From Felis catus (Eukaryota), in the NCBI RefSeq assembly GCF_018350175.1, contig NC_058383.1:15440001-15504000 (forward strand): a stretch of 64,000 nucleotides of DNA, written 5' to 3'. Shown here in pieces: positions 45,660 through 59,500 of this stretch. The notes beneath the pieces are model-generated. The model was not told the DNA's origin and did not search any database. It saw only the letters and a program-made list of their open reading frames with translations. The position numbers were made by a program, and so were the translations under genes. How positions within the stretch are numbered: the first letter of the stretch is position 1; each line of letters opens with the position of its first letter.

Positions 45660-45726
45660 CCTTTGAGGCAACAGCTCCACTGGTGAGATAGCCTGGCTCG
45701 TGATGGGTGGCCTTGTGGTCACCATA
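45660..45726 (-). pseudogene. NF2-like exon 5 relic
   Basis: YGDHKATHHEPGYLTS/ELLPQR vs NF2 [23 protein letters not shown]. 67 nt versus 69 (frameshift); acceptor caa (AG>AA); donor gcgagt. Confidence 0.82.
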
Positions 45727-45989
45727 TTGTGAGGGCAGCCAGGCTGCCGTGAGATGCTCTGGCCCAAGGGACTTCTCCTGACAGGTACATCCTTCCTCCA
45801 GGAGGTGGGCTTGCCTGCAGGGCGGGGAAATCAAGTCCCAGGTAGAACCAGACAGAGGACCAGGGCAAGCTACACTTTTATGGCTGTTCTCTGCCTCCTA
45901 AGGGCTGCTATTTCAAAGCCTCCTCCTTGGGCAGCTACCAGAGTAAAGTGCTTTCAAACCTTTTAATCATAGCCCCAGTAAGAAGTACA

Positions 45990-46130
45990 TTTTCTTTTCT
46001 TTTCTTTTCTTTTCTTTTCTTTTCTTTTCTTCTCTTCTCTTTTCTTTTCCTTTCTTTCCTTTCCTTTCCTTTCCTTTTCTTTTCTTTCTTTTTCTTTCCT
46101 TTCCTTTTTTTCCCTTTTCTTTTTCTTTTT
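45990..46130. repeat. (TTTTC)n-type pyrimidine microsatellite (expanded SINE tail)
   Basis: About 140 nt of pure T/C directly abutting a minus-strand SINE. Confidence 0.9.
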
Positions 46131-46597
46131 TAATCTTATTTTAGAGAGAGAGTGTGTGTGTGAGCAGGGGAGCGGGGAGAGGGAGAGAAAAATCCCAAGC
46201 AGGCTCCATGCTCAGTGCAGAGCCTCACACAGGGCTCGATCCCACGACCATGACATCATGACCTGAGCTGAAATCAAGAGTAGGACATTTAACCGACCAA
46301 GCCACCCAGGCACCGCAAGAACTGAATTTTTAATAAATTTCCTGGGTAACTGTGATGCAGGTACCCTACTTCGAGAAACACTGTACCCGAGTGCTCAAGG
46401 ACACCAGCGTCATCAGGAAATTCAGATAGTCACAACTTGCTGGGTACAGTCTGTCCCCACCTCTCCTCACAAGACTCACATAGTGACTTCACTTCACTGT
46501 GACACTCACTGGTGACTTCTCCATCAGACAGGAACTTGGCTCACTTCTCCTGAACATGAACAATCTCTGCAAACAACCTACAACTTTGTGGTCTCAT

Positions 46598-46680
46598 CTT
46601 TGATGGATGGCATAAGAGGTCAGTAAAACCAAGCCTTAAGGAGAACAGTACATTTCTTCATCGAGGATCTGTTTCTTGTC
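46598..46680 (-). pseudogene. NF2-like exon 4 relic
   Basis: tctcag|DKKQILDEEMYCSP*GLVLLTSYAIH.. vs NF2 [28 protein letters not shown]. TAA at 46638-46636; 83 nt versus the expected 84; donor reads atgaga (GT>AT). Confidence 0.9.
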
Positions 46681-47331
46681 CTGAGATACAAAATTATTCC
46701 TAGTTAGATGGGTCCCAGCATTTGACAAAAGCATCTATAACCAAATAATTTATACCGTCAGGGTCAGGACCCAGTACAGGAGCACAACGAATCTCTTTCC
46801 TACTCCAAATTTGAAAATTCCATTTTGAACATGTTTCAGTGTTAAAGATAGAGCCAGGAAGAGAGGTATCAGGAAAACATATAAATGGTCAAGAAAAATA
46901 ATAGTTCAAAAAATAGCACATCAGCCAAAAGCTGACGGATGGAGATGGAAACAGATATCTAAGTATAATTGTAACATGTGGTGACATCTCTTTGCCTAAA
47001 ATGTTCTTCTTTTACTAAATTAAATAGCATAACAGCCCCAAATCCAGAAGAATAACCATTTTGAAACAATTCACCTCTTTTAAGTCTTTATTTACTGCAG
47101 GCAACGTCCTGATATTGTAAGAAAGGGAAAGACACTGGGCGCCTGGGTGGTTCAGTTGGTTAAACATCTGACTTAGGCTCAGATCATGAGCTCATGGTTC
47201 ACAAATTGAAGCCCCACATCTGGCTCTCTGATGTCAACACAAGCCCGCCTCGGATCCTCTGTCCCCCTCTCTCTATGTTATTCCCCTGCTTACACACACA
47301 CTCTCTCTCTCTCAAAAACAAAAAACAAAAA

Positions 47332-47362
<31 letters not shown>

Positions 47363-49281
47363 AGAAACATTAAAAAAAAAAAAAAAAGAAAAGGAAAGCC
47401 ACCATTTTCCTGACAAGCACGCACATCAAGGCATAATATTACTGTTAGGTACTTCAGGCATTAAACTCACAAGCAGTCACTGAGTACTTGCGATGTGCAA
47501 CCAGCAGATACTGGATAAGTCACATTCATTTGCTCCTCCAAGAATCCCCCTGGGCCATCAATGCTAGGCTGCTGGAAATACAGAGATAATTGAGATGTGG
47601 TCCCTGCATCAATAGAACTTATAGTCTGTTAGCTGGGGATTTTTTTAAGTTTATTTATTTTGAGAGAGAGAGTGAGAGAGAGCAGGTAAGCGAGAGTGTG
47701 AGCAGGTGAGGGGCAGAGAGAGAGGGAGCAACAGAATCCCAAGCAGGCTTTGGGCTGTCAGCACAGAGCCCAATGCAGGGCTTGAACCCACAAACTGTGA
47801 GATTATGACCTGAGCCAAGATCAAGAGTCGGACACTTAACTGACTGAGCCACCCAGGCACCTCTGTAACTGGGGATTTTAAAGTTAAGAGATCTGACAGT
47901 TACAACACTAGAAGCATAGAATGTTACAAGAACCCAGAAAGAGAGGAAGAAAGTCAGGGAATGCACAGTTAAAATGAGAGGAGTCAGCAAATGTGCAAGA
48001 AGAGAGATGTGTGAGGCAAGGGGGCGGCCAGGACAGCAAGAGACCTTGTGTGACTGGAATCCAAGCTGTGTTCATAGATGGGAGAGGGGTCCAGGGAAGG
48101 GGGGCTGACCACACATGTCCTTAGGGGCCACTCAGAGGAGTGTAGCCTTGATCCTAGACAAGATGGGCAGTCATCGAGGATGTATAAGCAGGGAAGTGAC
48201 ATATTGAACACCACATGGATAGACAAATTGGGGACTGAAACTGAACTGAGAAAATAACTTTTGCCTCTGATGCAGCCCAGTGTTGAAGAGAGGACCATAC
48301 TTTCAGTGGTGACACATCGAACCAATGAGTTATTGACACCCCTTTCTTCCAAGAACCCTTCACTAGGCTTGGGGAAACTGTCCCACACCAAACTGTGTTT
48401 ACTGGGCAGTTGGGGAGGCGGAATTTCAAGGACCATGAAACATAGGATTCTCCAGGATTTGGTGTCTCAGGTCTCCCCATGAAGGAACCAGTCTGCCCAA
48501 TCTTCCTATGAAACTGTGTTTCCGTGGCTTCAACCATCGTGGACATGTGAGAGATTCTCATGTCTGTGTCTTGAGTCTGCTGGCTCTCCTGGGCTCCACT
48601 GGTGCCTTGGACATCTCCACTTAGATGTGCCCGTATGTCCCTCAGAGGCTTCCTTTTCCCTCCTTCCTACCTTCCTCTCCTGTGTTTTCTCATCAGCCAC
48701 CCAGCAGTGCAAGTCAGAGACTCGAGCATGTCCACATCACAGTCATCACCCACATCCAGGCAATCCCAGGACCTCTTGAGTCTACTTCCTCATGGCGTTT
48801 CTCGGCAAACCCATCACGACTGCTCCAGTCCTCATGCCTCATTTTCCCACACCTTGATTCCTGCTACAGGCTCCATCCCAGGCTGGCTCCCCTCCTACCT
48901 GTACGTTCCTAATGAGGTATACTCTCAGGAAAAAAGTGAACTGGAAGACAGCTGTTTTGTTTTGTTTTGTTTTGTTTTGTTTCCCCAGTAATCATATTGT
49001 TAGCGGTAATGTGAAAGTATTATTATTATCCTGAGATTGTTGAGTATGTATTGTGGGACAAAGCAAATTTGTAAATGTACTAGTGTCAGGGAGAAGTAGG
49101 TTTTTCAGCTTAGGAGAAAGGAGATACAAATATAAGACCAATGAGGGTAAATTTAACCAAAGAAAAATTACAAGGAGAATTAGAGAGCACATTAAGGAAA
49201 AAGACACGAAAATACAACATAACAAAAGCAGGCCTCAGAGGAAAACTTATCGCTATAAATGCCTACATTAAAAAGAATTGA

Positions 49282-49518
49282 GGGGCGCCTGGGTGGCGCA
49301 GTCGGTTGAGCGTCCGACTTCAGCCAGGTCACGATCTCGCGGTCCGTGAGTTCGAGCCCCGCGTCGGGCTCTGGGCTGATGGCTCAGAGTCTGGAGCCTG
49401 TTTCGGATTCTGTGTCTCCCTCTCTCTCTGCCCCTCCCCCGTTCATGCTCTGTCTCTCTCTGTCCCAAAAATAAATAAACGTTGAAAAAAAAAATTTTTT
49501 TAAATAAATAAATAAAAT
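49282..49518 (+). mobile_element. Young Can-SINE in L1
   Basis: TSD aaaaagaattga at 49270-49281 and 49519-49530. Confidence 0.95.
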
Positions 49519-49829
49519 AAAAAGAATTGAGACCTCAAATCAATAATCTAAACTTCCACCTTAAGAAACTAGAAAGAGAAGAGCAAACAAAACCCTAAAC
49601 AGGAAAAAAAAAAGAAAATAATAAACATGAGAAATAAAGTGAAATGAAAAGAAGTGAAATAAAGACTAGAAAAACAATAGAGAAGAACAAGGAAATCAAG
49701 AGTTCTTTGAAAAGATCTACAAAATTGATAAGCTACACTGACCAAGAAACAAAAGGGGGGTGGGGGGGAAGACTCAAATTACTAAAATCAGGAATGAAAC
49801 TTGGAGAATGAACATGGCATTCATACATG

Positions 49830-50750
<921 letters not shown>

Positions 50751-53700
50751 GACCATACATTTTTAAAAAAAGATCATAGAGGCATCCGGGTGGTTGAGTC
50801 GGTTAAGCATCCAACTTTGGCTCAGGTCATGATCTCATGGTTCGTGAGTTCCAGCCCCCGCTGACAGCTCAGAGCTTGGAGCCTGCTTTGGATTCTGTGT
50901 CTCCCTCTCTCTCTCTGCCCCTCCCCTGCTCACACACTCTCTCTCTCTCTCAAATGAATAAACATTAAAAATTTTTTAAAAAAAGATTAGAAGAGAATAC
51001 TATAAATGCTAGAAATTTAGATAACCTGGATGAAATGGACAAATTCCAGAAGCCCACAAACTACCAAAACTGACCCAAGAATAGATAGAAAATCTGAAGA
51101 GACATAAACAATTAAAGAGATATAGTTAGTAATCAAAAAAAGTTTCAACAAAGAAAAACTCAGGACCAGATGATGGTTTCACTGATGAAGGCTACCAATC
51201 ATTTATAGTAGAATTAATACCAATACTTCTCAAACACTTTTAAAAAATTGAAATAGCACACTACCTAACACATTCCTAACTCATTATTGTCCTCATACCA
51301 AAAAAAGATATCAGAAGAAAAGAAAACTATAGCCCCTCATGAATATAGATGCAAAAATTCTCAATACAATACTGGCTAACTGAATCCAGCAATATATAAA
51401 AATAGTTATAAAACACGACTAAACGGGATTTATCCCAAGAATGCAAGATTAGTTTGACATACAAAAATCAATCTAGGGATGCCTGGGTGCCTCAGTCAGT
51501 TAAGCATCCAACTCTTGGTATCAACTCAGGTCATGAACTCATGGTTTGTGAATTTGAGCACTGACAGCACAGGACCTGCTTGGGCTTCTCTATCTCCCTC
51601 TCTCTCTGTCCCTCCCTTGCTCAGTCTCTTTCTCTCTCTCAAAATAAATCAGTAAACATTTTTTAAAATAATAAAAAATTTAAAAATCTTAAAAAAAATT
51701 TTAAACATCAATCTATATAATATACCATATTAATTTTTCAAATGGGGGTGGGGCAGGTGGTGGAGGGGAGACAAGATCACCTCAATAGACACAGAAAAAT
51801 CATGTGACAAAATCCAACACTCTTTCATGATAAAAACATCCAATGAACTAATGGAAGGGAACTTTCCCAATCTGATAAAAGGCATCTGTAAAAGCCCACA
51901 GCTAACGTCATACTTAATAGTGAAAGGCTGAAAGCTTTCCTCTTAAGGTTAGGAATAAAATAAGGATGCCTGCTTTTATCTTCTATTCACCTACATTATT
52001 CACTTCTGTTTTACTGTACTGGAGGTTCAAGCAAGGGCAATTAGATGAGAAGAGATAAATTAAATAAACCATAAAAGACCTCCAGATTAGAAAGGAAGTG
52101 AACCATTTGCAGATGACATGATCTTATATAACAGAAAACCCTAATGAGTCTACAAAAACTTATTAGAGCTAATAAATGAGTTCAGCAAAATTGTAGGCTA
52201 TAAGATAAATATAAAAAATTCAGTTGCATTTTTATACACTAGCAATGAACAGTCTTAAAATTAAGAAAGCAATCCCTTTTATAATAGCATCAAAAATAAT
52301 ATAATTCTTTGGCTAAATTTGTATCTAAGTACTTTAAGACTTCTGCACTGAAGACTATAAAACATTGTTAAAAGCAATTAAAGCTCTAAAGAAATGGAAA
52401 GACATACCATGTTTATGGATTGCAAGACTTAATATTGTTAAGATGGCAATACTCCAGTGGCGCCTGGTGGCTCAGTCAGTTGAGCATCTGACTTTGGCTC
52501 AGGTCATGATCTCGCAGTTGATGAGTTTGAGCCCAGCATCGGGCTGGAGCCTGCTTTGGATTCTGTGTCTCCCTCTCTCTCTATTCTTCCCTCTCTCATG
52601 CTCTGTCTCTCTCTGTCTCAAAAATAAACATAAAAAAAAATAAGATGGCAATGCTCCATAAGATGTCTACAGATTCAATAAAATCCTAATCAAAATTTTA
52701 AATGAATTTTTTTTGCAGAAATGGAAAAACTGATCCTAAAACTCATATGAAACTTCAAGTGACATAGAAAACTCAACACAATCTTGAAAAAGAAAGGTAA
52801 AGTTGGAGGGGTCACACCTTCCAATGTCAAAACTTACTACACAGCTATAGACAAAAGAAATTGAATTAAGAATCTATAAATATACTTATACTTATACTTA
52901 TGTTCAATTATACTTATGTTCAAATATACTTATACATATACTTATGTTCAATTGATTTTCACAAGGTTGACAAGGCATTCAACGGAGAAAGAAAGCCTTT
53001 TCAACAAATGGTATTGTGACAACGGGATATCCATGTACAAAAAGAATGAATCTAATCCTCTTCCTCGCACACAAAACTTAAAACGTATCATAGACATATA
53101 TAAAAGCAAAAAAATTACATACAACTAACTCAAGTGTCTGTTGTCACCTTAATGGATAAAGAAATTGTGGCATATGCATAAAATGGGATATTTTTCTCCA
53201 TTAAAAGGAAGAAAATATGCTACAACGTGGGTGAACCTTGAGGACATTATGCTAAGTGAGTTAAGCCAATCAATAAAAGACAAATTCTGCATGATTTCAC
53301 CTCAAAACCATAGAGACAGGAAGTAGAATCGTGGTTACTGAGGGCTTGGGGGTGTGGGGAAGGGGAAATTATTGGTTAATGGGTACAGAATTTCAGTGTG
53401 AGAACATGAAAAACATTCTGGAAAGGATGGATGGCAGTGATGGTTGCCCACCAATATGAATGTACCTGTATACCCCAAAATGGGTAAGATGGTAAGTTTT
53501 ATGTTATGTATATTTTACCACAATAAAAATAATTTTGGGGAAAAGTTGTGTGATATGAACACAAGGATAGACAAAGAGATCAATGGAACAGAATGGAGTT
53601 TATGACAAAGGTGACCCTGTATTTCAGTGAGGAAGCTCGGTCCATTCCACAAATGGTTTTGCATCATTAACACCTGATTCCTATCTCATACGTGAAACAA

Positions 53701-55149
53701 TTCCAGATAGATCGCATGTCTAAATGTGGAAGGTAAAACAAAGTTTCTAGAAGGAAATCTAAAAGAATATCTTCCTGAGTTTGGTTTAGGAAAAGATTCC
53801 TTAACAGGACACAAAAACCGCAATCATTAAAGAAACAATTGATCTATTAAACTGCATGAATATTAAAATTTTATTCTTATCAAACCACACCATTAAGAGA
53901 ATGAAAATTTAAGTCACAAAGTGAGAGAAGATATTTGCAATACATTATCTGACAAATGACTTTACCTCAAATATATAAAGAAGTCAATGAGATAAATACT
54001 GACAATGAAATTTTAAAATAGGCAAAATACAAGCTCTTCAAAACAAGAAATATTCAAATGGCCAATAAACACAGCCACCAGAGTGGCTAAAATACAAAAA
54101 CACAATGCTACTATTTTTAAAATATTTTTTAATTTTTTAGAGAGAGAGAGAGAGAGCAGGAGAGGGGCAGAGAAGGGGGAGACAGAGGATCCAAAGCAGG
54201 CTCTACGCTGACAGCAGAGAGCCTGATGTGGGGCTCAAATTCACAAACCATGAGATCATGACCTGAACCAAAGTCAGACACTTAACCAACTGAGCCTCCC
54301 AGGTGCCCCTTTAATCTTTTTTTTTTTTTTCAGTAAACTCTTTGCCCCATGTGGGGCTTGAACTCAATAGAGCATGCAACTCTTGATTTCAGGGTCGTAA
54401 AAGACATGCTTACCTATGTTCAACAACATATATGTATGGTAACATCATAGCAGCCTTATTTGTGATAGACTCCAAATAGAAATCTCTGAAAGCCCAGCAA
54501 CAGAACAGGTAAGTGTAGTAGATTCACACAAAGGAATACTATGCAGCAATGAAAAAGAATGAACTATTGTTTTACATGCAACCACGTCTACAAATCACAC
54601 AAAGATGATGTTGAGCAGTAAAAGCCCACCACAAGAGAATATATTCTTTGTCATCCGTTCAAATAAGTTTTTAAAAGTCAGGACTGTAGTTACCTTTAGG
54701 AGGATGGTAGTGACTGCAACGAGGCCCAGGGAATGCACCTGGGGAATGGCATTAATGTTCTGTTCCTTGGTCTGAATGCTCATTACATCGGCATAGTCAT
54801 TTAGTAAAACTCCAGCAAGACAAATGCTTGTGATATGTGAGACGTCAGTAAGTGCCTTACTTTCCTTTAAGGGCTCACAGACTCTCAGAAAGGATCAAAG
54901 AGCCAGGCTTATAGGCTATACAGATAGTAAGAACACTCCACAGACTGGTCTGGTGGAGACACATGAGATACTATAGCTCTGACACCACCCGTACTGGCTT
55001 CTGGAAGCTGCTGCTAGAGCTGGACATCCCAGCCCCCATGGCCGCCCCTTCCCAACAGGGATTTGCCAGACCCAGCGTCTTGTCATCAGATGCTTGACTG
55101 GTGGAACACGCATGGGTGCACCTGACCAGAGAAGTTGGGTCATGTGCCC

Positions 55150-55545
55150 CTGGCTCAGTCAGCTTGGGCTGCCACCACAAAATACCATAGACCATAATGG
55201 CTTAAACAGACATTTATTCTCTCACAGGAGGCTAGATGTCCAAATTCAGGGTGCCACACTGTCCCATTCTAGTGAGACCTGTCTTCCTGCCTCGTAGGTC
55301 ATCCTGCTGTGTCCTCACATGACCTCATCTTCGTGCATGCTTGTGACAGGGGAGACAGAGAGAGATGGTGTGTCCTCTTGTAAAGACACCAATCCCATCA
55401 CATCAGGGCCCCACCCTTTGACCTCATTTAACCTCAGTTACCTCCTTACTAGGCTCTATCTCCAAATAACAGTCACCTTGGGGGTAAGGCCTTCAACATG
55501 AAGTTGGTGCGTTGGGGGAAGGCACAATTCAATCACTAGCAACCT
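55150..55545 (-). mobile_element. MaLR (MLT1-like) LTR, antisense
   Basis: gggctgccaccacaaaataccataga...ggcttaaacagacatttattctctcaca...ccttcaacatgaa pattern. Confidence 0.75.
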
Positions 55546-55789
55546 CATGAAGCATTTTCAGCCACTGTACTCAGAGGCCAGCCAGCCTCCTAAGGTGAGG
55601 TGTCCCACAGAGAAAGAAAGTTCAAATGCTGGGAAAGAACGACAAAGGTCCCCAGGGTGCCTATCACTCTTCCTTTCCTCCGTGACTCCCGCACCCTCAC
55701 CCCCATCCCCTGGTGCTCCTCTTTTCCCCGTGAGTATCTTGCAGGCTTCCCCTTCCTCATCTCTTCCTTTGAAGCTTCACGGCCCGAGA

Positions 55790-56520
55790 TGTCCTGCTCA
55801 CGAACGTCCGGAATGAGGAGCAACGTTAGAGCCAAAGCAGCCGAGGCCGCGCGGGGCGGGGCTGAACCGGGCGGGCGGGGCTCCTAAGCTGGTGTGCGCA
55901 GCCTCTAGAACGGAGGCGGGGCGGGGCGCGGCTGAACCGGGGGGCGGGGCGCCTACTCTGGTGTGCGCAGCCTCTAGAACGGAGGCGGGGCGGGGCGCGG
56001 CTGAACCGGGGGGCGGGGCGCCTACTCTGGTGTGCGCAGCCTCTAGAACGGAGGCGGGGCGGGGCCGAACCAGAGGGGCGGGGCGCCTACGCTAGTGTGC
56101 ACAGCCTCTAGAACGGAGAGGCGGGGCGGGCCTGAACTAGGGGGGCGGGGCGCCTACGCTGGCGTGCGCAGCCTCTAGAACGGAGGTGGGTGCGGGTGTT
56201 AGAGGGTCCCCAGATCAAGGAGGAGGCGAGGGTTCGTGAGGCACAAGGCCGGGAACCAGGGAAGTGCAGCGATGGGTCAAAGAGGAAGAAGAAAGGAGGC
56301 CCCGCGGCTGCCGCGATGGCTGCTCCGTGCGCGGGTAGCACAGCAGCCGGACCTTGAGGATCAGGGCTGGGGGAGCCCCGCCATCTCCTTGGGGGTCCCC
56401 GACGTTGCCTGCCGCAGGCCTCCTGGTACTGATGGGAGACGTCCACAGCCGTATTCCGGGTTTATGCCCCTCCTTAAGAAACCAGATGCTCGGACCAGCC
56501 TAGGGCGAGAGCGAATCTGC
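55790..56520. promoter_or_regulatory. Orphan CpG island with many GC boxes
   Basis: High CpG density and repeated GGGGCGGGG and TGCGCA motifs; no recognised gene attached. Confidence 0.55.
55845..56190. repeat. GC/CpG-rich minisatellite, ~5 units of 65-69 bp
   Basis: Unit GGTGTGCGCAGCCTCTAGAACGGAGGCGGGGCGGGGCGCGGCTGAACCGGGGGGCGGGGCGCCTACTCT starts at 55891, 55960, 56029, 56094 and 56161 (last copy partial). Confidence 0.95.
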
Positions 56521-59500
56521 AGCCCAATTTCTGATGGTTCTGGCCACAGCGCCTGGGTCAGCTTTCCCTGGTGGCAGGCAGCAACACTGGACCCTGTTCA
56601 CGTCTCAAGCAACAGGAGTGTTGCCACAGGGTGTGGGGGGAAGCCACAGGGTGAAAGAGAGGATGAAGACCCACCTCTGGAACAGACGGGGCCTCCATAG
56701 TAGGAACTACTCAGCAGTCCCGTCTGGGAGTTACTTTCAGAGAGGCTTTTAGACACTTCTCCACCCTGTGTCACTGCCCTTGAAATGCATGGTCCCACAG
56801 CAGACATACTCCCCAGCAACACAGTTCACCAGCCTGGCCCCTGGCAGCTTGGGGAGGGGAGAGAAAGTGTCCAGTGGAGGGACCATCCTGGGTGCTGTGG
56901 CAGAAAGGCAAGTGGCCTGGATGTGCCATCCCAACAAGACCGCACACATACACAGTGGCAGAGAGGCATTGACAATGTGGAGTAACGTGTGGTCATCCGG
57001 GAAGGCCTGCGTGTCCCCAACATGACAAATCCTTGTTCTGCTTAGAGCGGGCACCAGAATGTGGGGGTCGAGGTGAATCATCATAGTAGGGGTCATTCTC
57101 AGCTCAGAAGGTCTCAGAGCTCTTTTAACTCGTGGGATCTTAGGGAGTCAGGCTCCAGGGTTTGGCATGGGCAGCGGGCAGTGTCAGGAAGAGCCAGAAG
57201 GCACGGCAAAGCCAGGGAACCGCTCAGCACCTGCAAATGTCGCTTTGGCCCCGGGGACGCATAAGTCACACCCGTTCACCAGCAAGTCTGAGTGTGTCTC
57301 AGACAGCTTGCAGCTTCCGGGAGGACCATGGTGCTGGGAAGTAGCAAGTGTGGAAGCACTGGGGGCTGTGGGAACAGCGTGTGAATTCAAAAGAGGTGAG
57401 GTGGGTGGGCCATCTGGTCGTCTCCACAGACATTTGAGAAGATGCTGTCGCCATTTGAAAAGTTTCCTTAATGAAAACTTTTAACACTAGCGATAAAGTG
57501 ACACTTGTCTTACCATGATCGTTCTACAGCGTCCAACAGCAACAATTCTTTGTGTACCTTCAATGGGTGGAAAACAAAACGGAGAAAGTCCCTGCCCTCG
57601 TAGAGAGGAGACAAAATAAACAAGCATGGTGGGTTTTTTCTTTTAATGTTTATTTATTTATTTATTTTTGAGACAGAGAGGGCATGAGCATTTATTTTTG
57701 AGACAGAGAGGGAGGGGCAGAGAGAGAGGGAGACACAGAATCCAAAGCAGGCTCCAGGCTCTGGGCTGTCAGCACAGAGCCTGACGTGGGGCTCGAACTC
57801 ACAAACCACGAGATCATGACCTGAGCTGAAGTCAGACGCTTCACCGACTGAGCCACCCAGGCACCCCAGCACGGTGGTTTTCAAACAGCGCCCACATTCC
57901 TTGGCCCTCTTCCCAGGGAGAGGTGGAGTGATTCCCCTTCTCCTTGAACCGGGGCAGGGCTTGTCACTGCGTCACCAGTAGAGAATGGCAGGACGCTCTT
58001 CTCCGGGACACACCTATAAACGCTCTAAGAGGCTCACACCAGCTGGAAAGGCCACACTGAGGTGCTCCAATCAGTCTCAGGTGCCAGACAGGTGATTCTA
58101 GCCCGCAGCCCTTGGAGTCACCCCCAACGGAGACCCCAGACATCGTGGAGCAGAGACAGTTCCTGTGCTTGCTATGCCTTGCTCAAATTCCTGACCCACG
58201 GGATCCGTGAGCTTGATAAAATGATTGTTGTCTCACTGAGTTTGGGATGGCTTGTGACGAGGCAAAATCTAACCAGAACAAGTACCTGATGCAGTATCTG
58301 CGTTATGTAATGTGATGTTACGTAGAAAAGCAGGGTAGGGGTAGTGCTAAGGGAGAGGGTGGCATTAAGTGAAATGAAGCCAACCTGCTAAGGAGGGAAA
58401 CACGAGCGAGAATGAGGGGACAGAGGAATGGAACAGAGGACTGCAGTGTGTGCCCATAACGTGGAAACCTGCCGCCCCCTCGGCCTCAGGGTGGCCGGTC
58501 TCGCAAGCTTTCATGCAGAGGGCAATGTATCCTGGCTCCTCAGTTCAAGTCAGCTGCTGCTTCTGGGAGCTCCATTTTTTTTTTTAATAATTTTTTTCCT
58601 AATCCTGGATAATTCAAGGAATTTACATATCTACACTTAACCAAAGACGAGATTACGTGAATTTCTTAATTTACTCTTTTTTGCACTTGGTATAATATTG
58701 AAAGGTATGAAAGTTCCAGAGCAAAAAGTCTAACCTCCCACTCCTGGCCCCATCTCACTCAATGACCCTCCCTTGATGCAACTCTCTTGCCTGTTTTTGG
58801 AGAATCTTTCCAGAAATGGTCTCAGCATTCAAGAGCAAACTACACCGACCATTCTGGGCCTTGATTTTCTCACTTATGACGGAGTTGTCTCCATATCATT
58901 ACTTAGATGTGTTTCTCATTCTTTAAACAAACAAAACAAAACAAAACAAAAATTTTTTTCCTTTGGAGTAATTTTAGCTCTACAGAAAAAAATTCAAAGA
59001 CAGTGAAATTACCATGTATCTTTCAGTTGGCTTTTTCTAAATATTAACATCTCACATAACTACGTTGTCAAAACTAAGTTCTCATTAGTACAATACCACT
59101 AACTAGACTACAGAATTTCTTCCAGTTTCGCCAGCTTGTCCGTCAATATCCTGTTCCTGCTCCAGGACACCGCCCAGGGTACCAGTAACATTTAATCTTC
59201 ACATCCCCTTAGTCTCTACCAATCTGCGACAGTTTCTCAGTCTTTCCATATTTTTATGACCTTGACCATTTTGAAGAATAGTGGCCAAGTATTCTGCAGC
59301 ATGCCCATCAATTTGGGTTTTTCTGATGTTTTCTCATGATTAGAATAGGTTATAGGTTTGGGGGAAGAATCCACAAGGTGAAATATCCTTCTCAATGCAT
59401 CATTTTAGGGGCTCACGGTATCAACATAACATTAATGGTGAGATTAACCTTAATGACTTGGTTAAGATTGCATCTACCAGATTTCTCCACTTTAATGTTT

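Larger units (their letters stand above)
31284..46680 (-). pseudogene. Intron-containing merlin/NF2-like (FERM domain) pseudogene relic
   Basis: Six collinear minus-strand segments resemble NF2 exons 4, 5, 6, 7, 8 and 10 in order, phase and approximate size; five of them are disabled. See the individual exon entries. Confidence 0.88.

Noticed and set aside
48360..48480. Minus-strand LRHQILENPMFH..LKF as a candidate NF2-like exon 3
   Set aside because: Low identity spread over several frames and no convincing splice sites.
55543..55680. Minus-strand DLCRSF...VQWLKMLHE|gt as a candidate NF2-like exon 2
   Set aside because: Right strand and order, but it needs a frameshift and extra residues; too weak to call without an alignment score.
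55891..56190. Regularly spaced repeats as a CRISPR-like array
   Set aside because: Mammalian DNA, and the whole unit repeats with no unique spacers, so it is a minisatellite.
58428..58560. Plus-strand peptide CRPLGLR...VSWL resembling NF2 exon 2 (CRTLGLR...VAWL)
   Set aside because: Wrong strand relative to the other relics, different spacing and no matching splice sites; plausible by chance.
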